In this document: one piece after another, positions 63,350-64,000 of the stretch | Numbering within the stretch: the first letter of the stretch is position 1 | Layout: each line of letters starts with the position of its first letter | Source: Phycisphaerales bacterium | GTDB lineage: Bacteria; Planctomycetota; Phycisphaerae; Phycisphaerales; UBA1924 | NCBI GenBank assembly: GCA_020427395.1 | Contig: JAGQON010000006.1 | Coordinates: 42,129 to 106,128, forward strand | DNA: 64,000 nt | Direction: 5' to 3' | Notes under the pieces: generated by a model | What the model was told of the DNA's origin: nothing | Databases searched by the model: none | The model's input: only the letters and a program-made list of their open reading frames with translations | Position numbers and translations under genes: made by a program

Positions 63350-64000
63350 CATGATCTCGATACTGCGAAGCCTATTGCTCATCATGATCGTTGGATGCTC
63401 TCGTGCGCACGCAATCATTGTCAACGATCCCTCTGGCATGTACCGAGCAGAGATCGCTACGACCGGTGGCACGATTGCATTCCTGCTTGAAGTGGTCTTT
63501 GTTGAGTCGCAGTTGTGTGACGAGCCCTTCGTTTCTGCTTCCTATGCGATCATTCACAACGGCGAGGAGCAGATACGGCGAGAAATGAGTATGGCTTTCT
63601 CGCTCGGGACTCTGCGTAAACATGAAGGTGTGATCCCGCAAAAATACCTGCAATCAAGCTTCAAACGAGTGATCACATTCGATGAGTATGACTCTGTCCT
63701 TGTATGGGAGAGTCGTGCAGGATTCGGTGTGACTCCTGAATCACTGGATGTGCTGAGTGGCGTATGGAGAAAACGAAGAGGGGAGGCATATGTTGAGCTT
63801 CCGCTCTTGATGACAAAGCTGCCGGCTACAGATGGGCATCCGCAACGGTTCCTGCCGTTTACAGGTACGGAGTTGGCTGCAGATATCAGACCGGAGATCT
63901 TTGATGGCCGCTGGCGTGTTCAGTTCGCATCGTCTGATGGACCCGCGATTGGCGTTTTCGAGATCGATAAAAATCAAATCGCGACAGGTACTTTCCTGAC
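63350..64000 (+). CDS. lipoprotein, 5' partial view (ORF open to window end; not in the supplied ORF track)
   Basis: I translated the frame from ATG 63350 by hand and found no stop up to base 64000. The lipobox is 'MISILRSLLLIMIVGC'. The text 'IIHNGEEQI', 'ITFDEYDSVLVW', 'LSGVWRK' and 'DGRWRVQFASSDGPAIGVFEIDKNQIATGTFL' recalls the N-terminal domain of TlpA-like thiol-disulfide oxidoreductases. Confidence 0.6.

Noticed and set aside
1-64000. rRNA, tRNA, tmRNA or RNase P genes in intergenic regions
   Set aside because: All gaps longer than about 100 nt were read by eye. No cloverleaf-compatible sequence or conserved rRNA block was recognised. A tRNAscan or Infernal run would be needed to be certain.

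Overview
This is a high-GC bacterial chromosomal window, judged by eye rather than computed. I call about 57 protein-coding genes and found no rRNA, tRNA or CRISPR array. Several secreted proteins end in a double 'DFFDVSxFL ... GCP' dockerin-like tail. That tail, together with LpxI, a PPi-type phosphofructokinase and many FG-GAP/VCBS proteins, suggests Planctomycetota, possibly class Phycisphaerae; this is inference only.

The housekeeping backbone comprises ppk1, kbl, rsgA, rsmD, atpG, lpxI, tlyA, obg, ispG, PFK, ribBA, a SulP permease, a UvrD/PD-(D/E)XK helicase-nuclease and amidohydrolases.

Accessory content interrupts this backbone:
- A compact phage-derived head module at 40.2-46.2 kb (portal, scaffold, SU10/DUF5309-like capsid and five small genes). 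No terminase, tail, lysin or integrase lies on either flank. This is my best candidate for an undescribed or domesticated system.
- Six secreted proteins carrying the Cys-bracketed dockerin-like C-terminal anchor. Two of them sit in an AT-richer islet around a sulfotransferase.
- Six paralogous membrane proteins with a 'CxxCGY..L.G....CPECG' zinc ribbon, plus a relic copy.
- At least three families of nested palindromic intergenic repeats.

Several enzymes look like pseudo-enzymes at the motif level: a KAS without Cys-His-His, an M16 protein without HxxEH, a RibBA with a cysteine-less GTP cyclohydrolase II half, and amidohydrolase modules without HxH.

Many long ORFs in the supplied track are antisense or out-of-frame GC artefacts and were discarded. 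Many starts were trimmed to internal ATGs that have Shine-Dalgarno-like purine runs. All coordinates were derived by hand and start codons are the least certain part.
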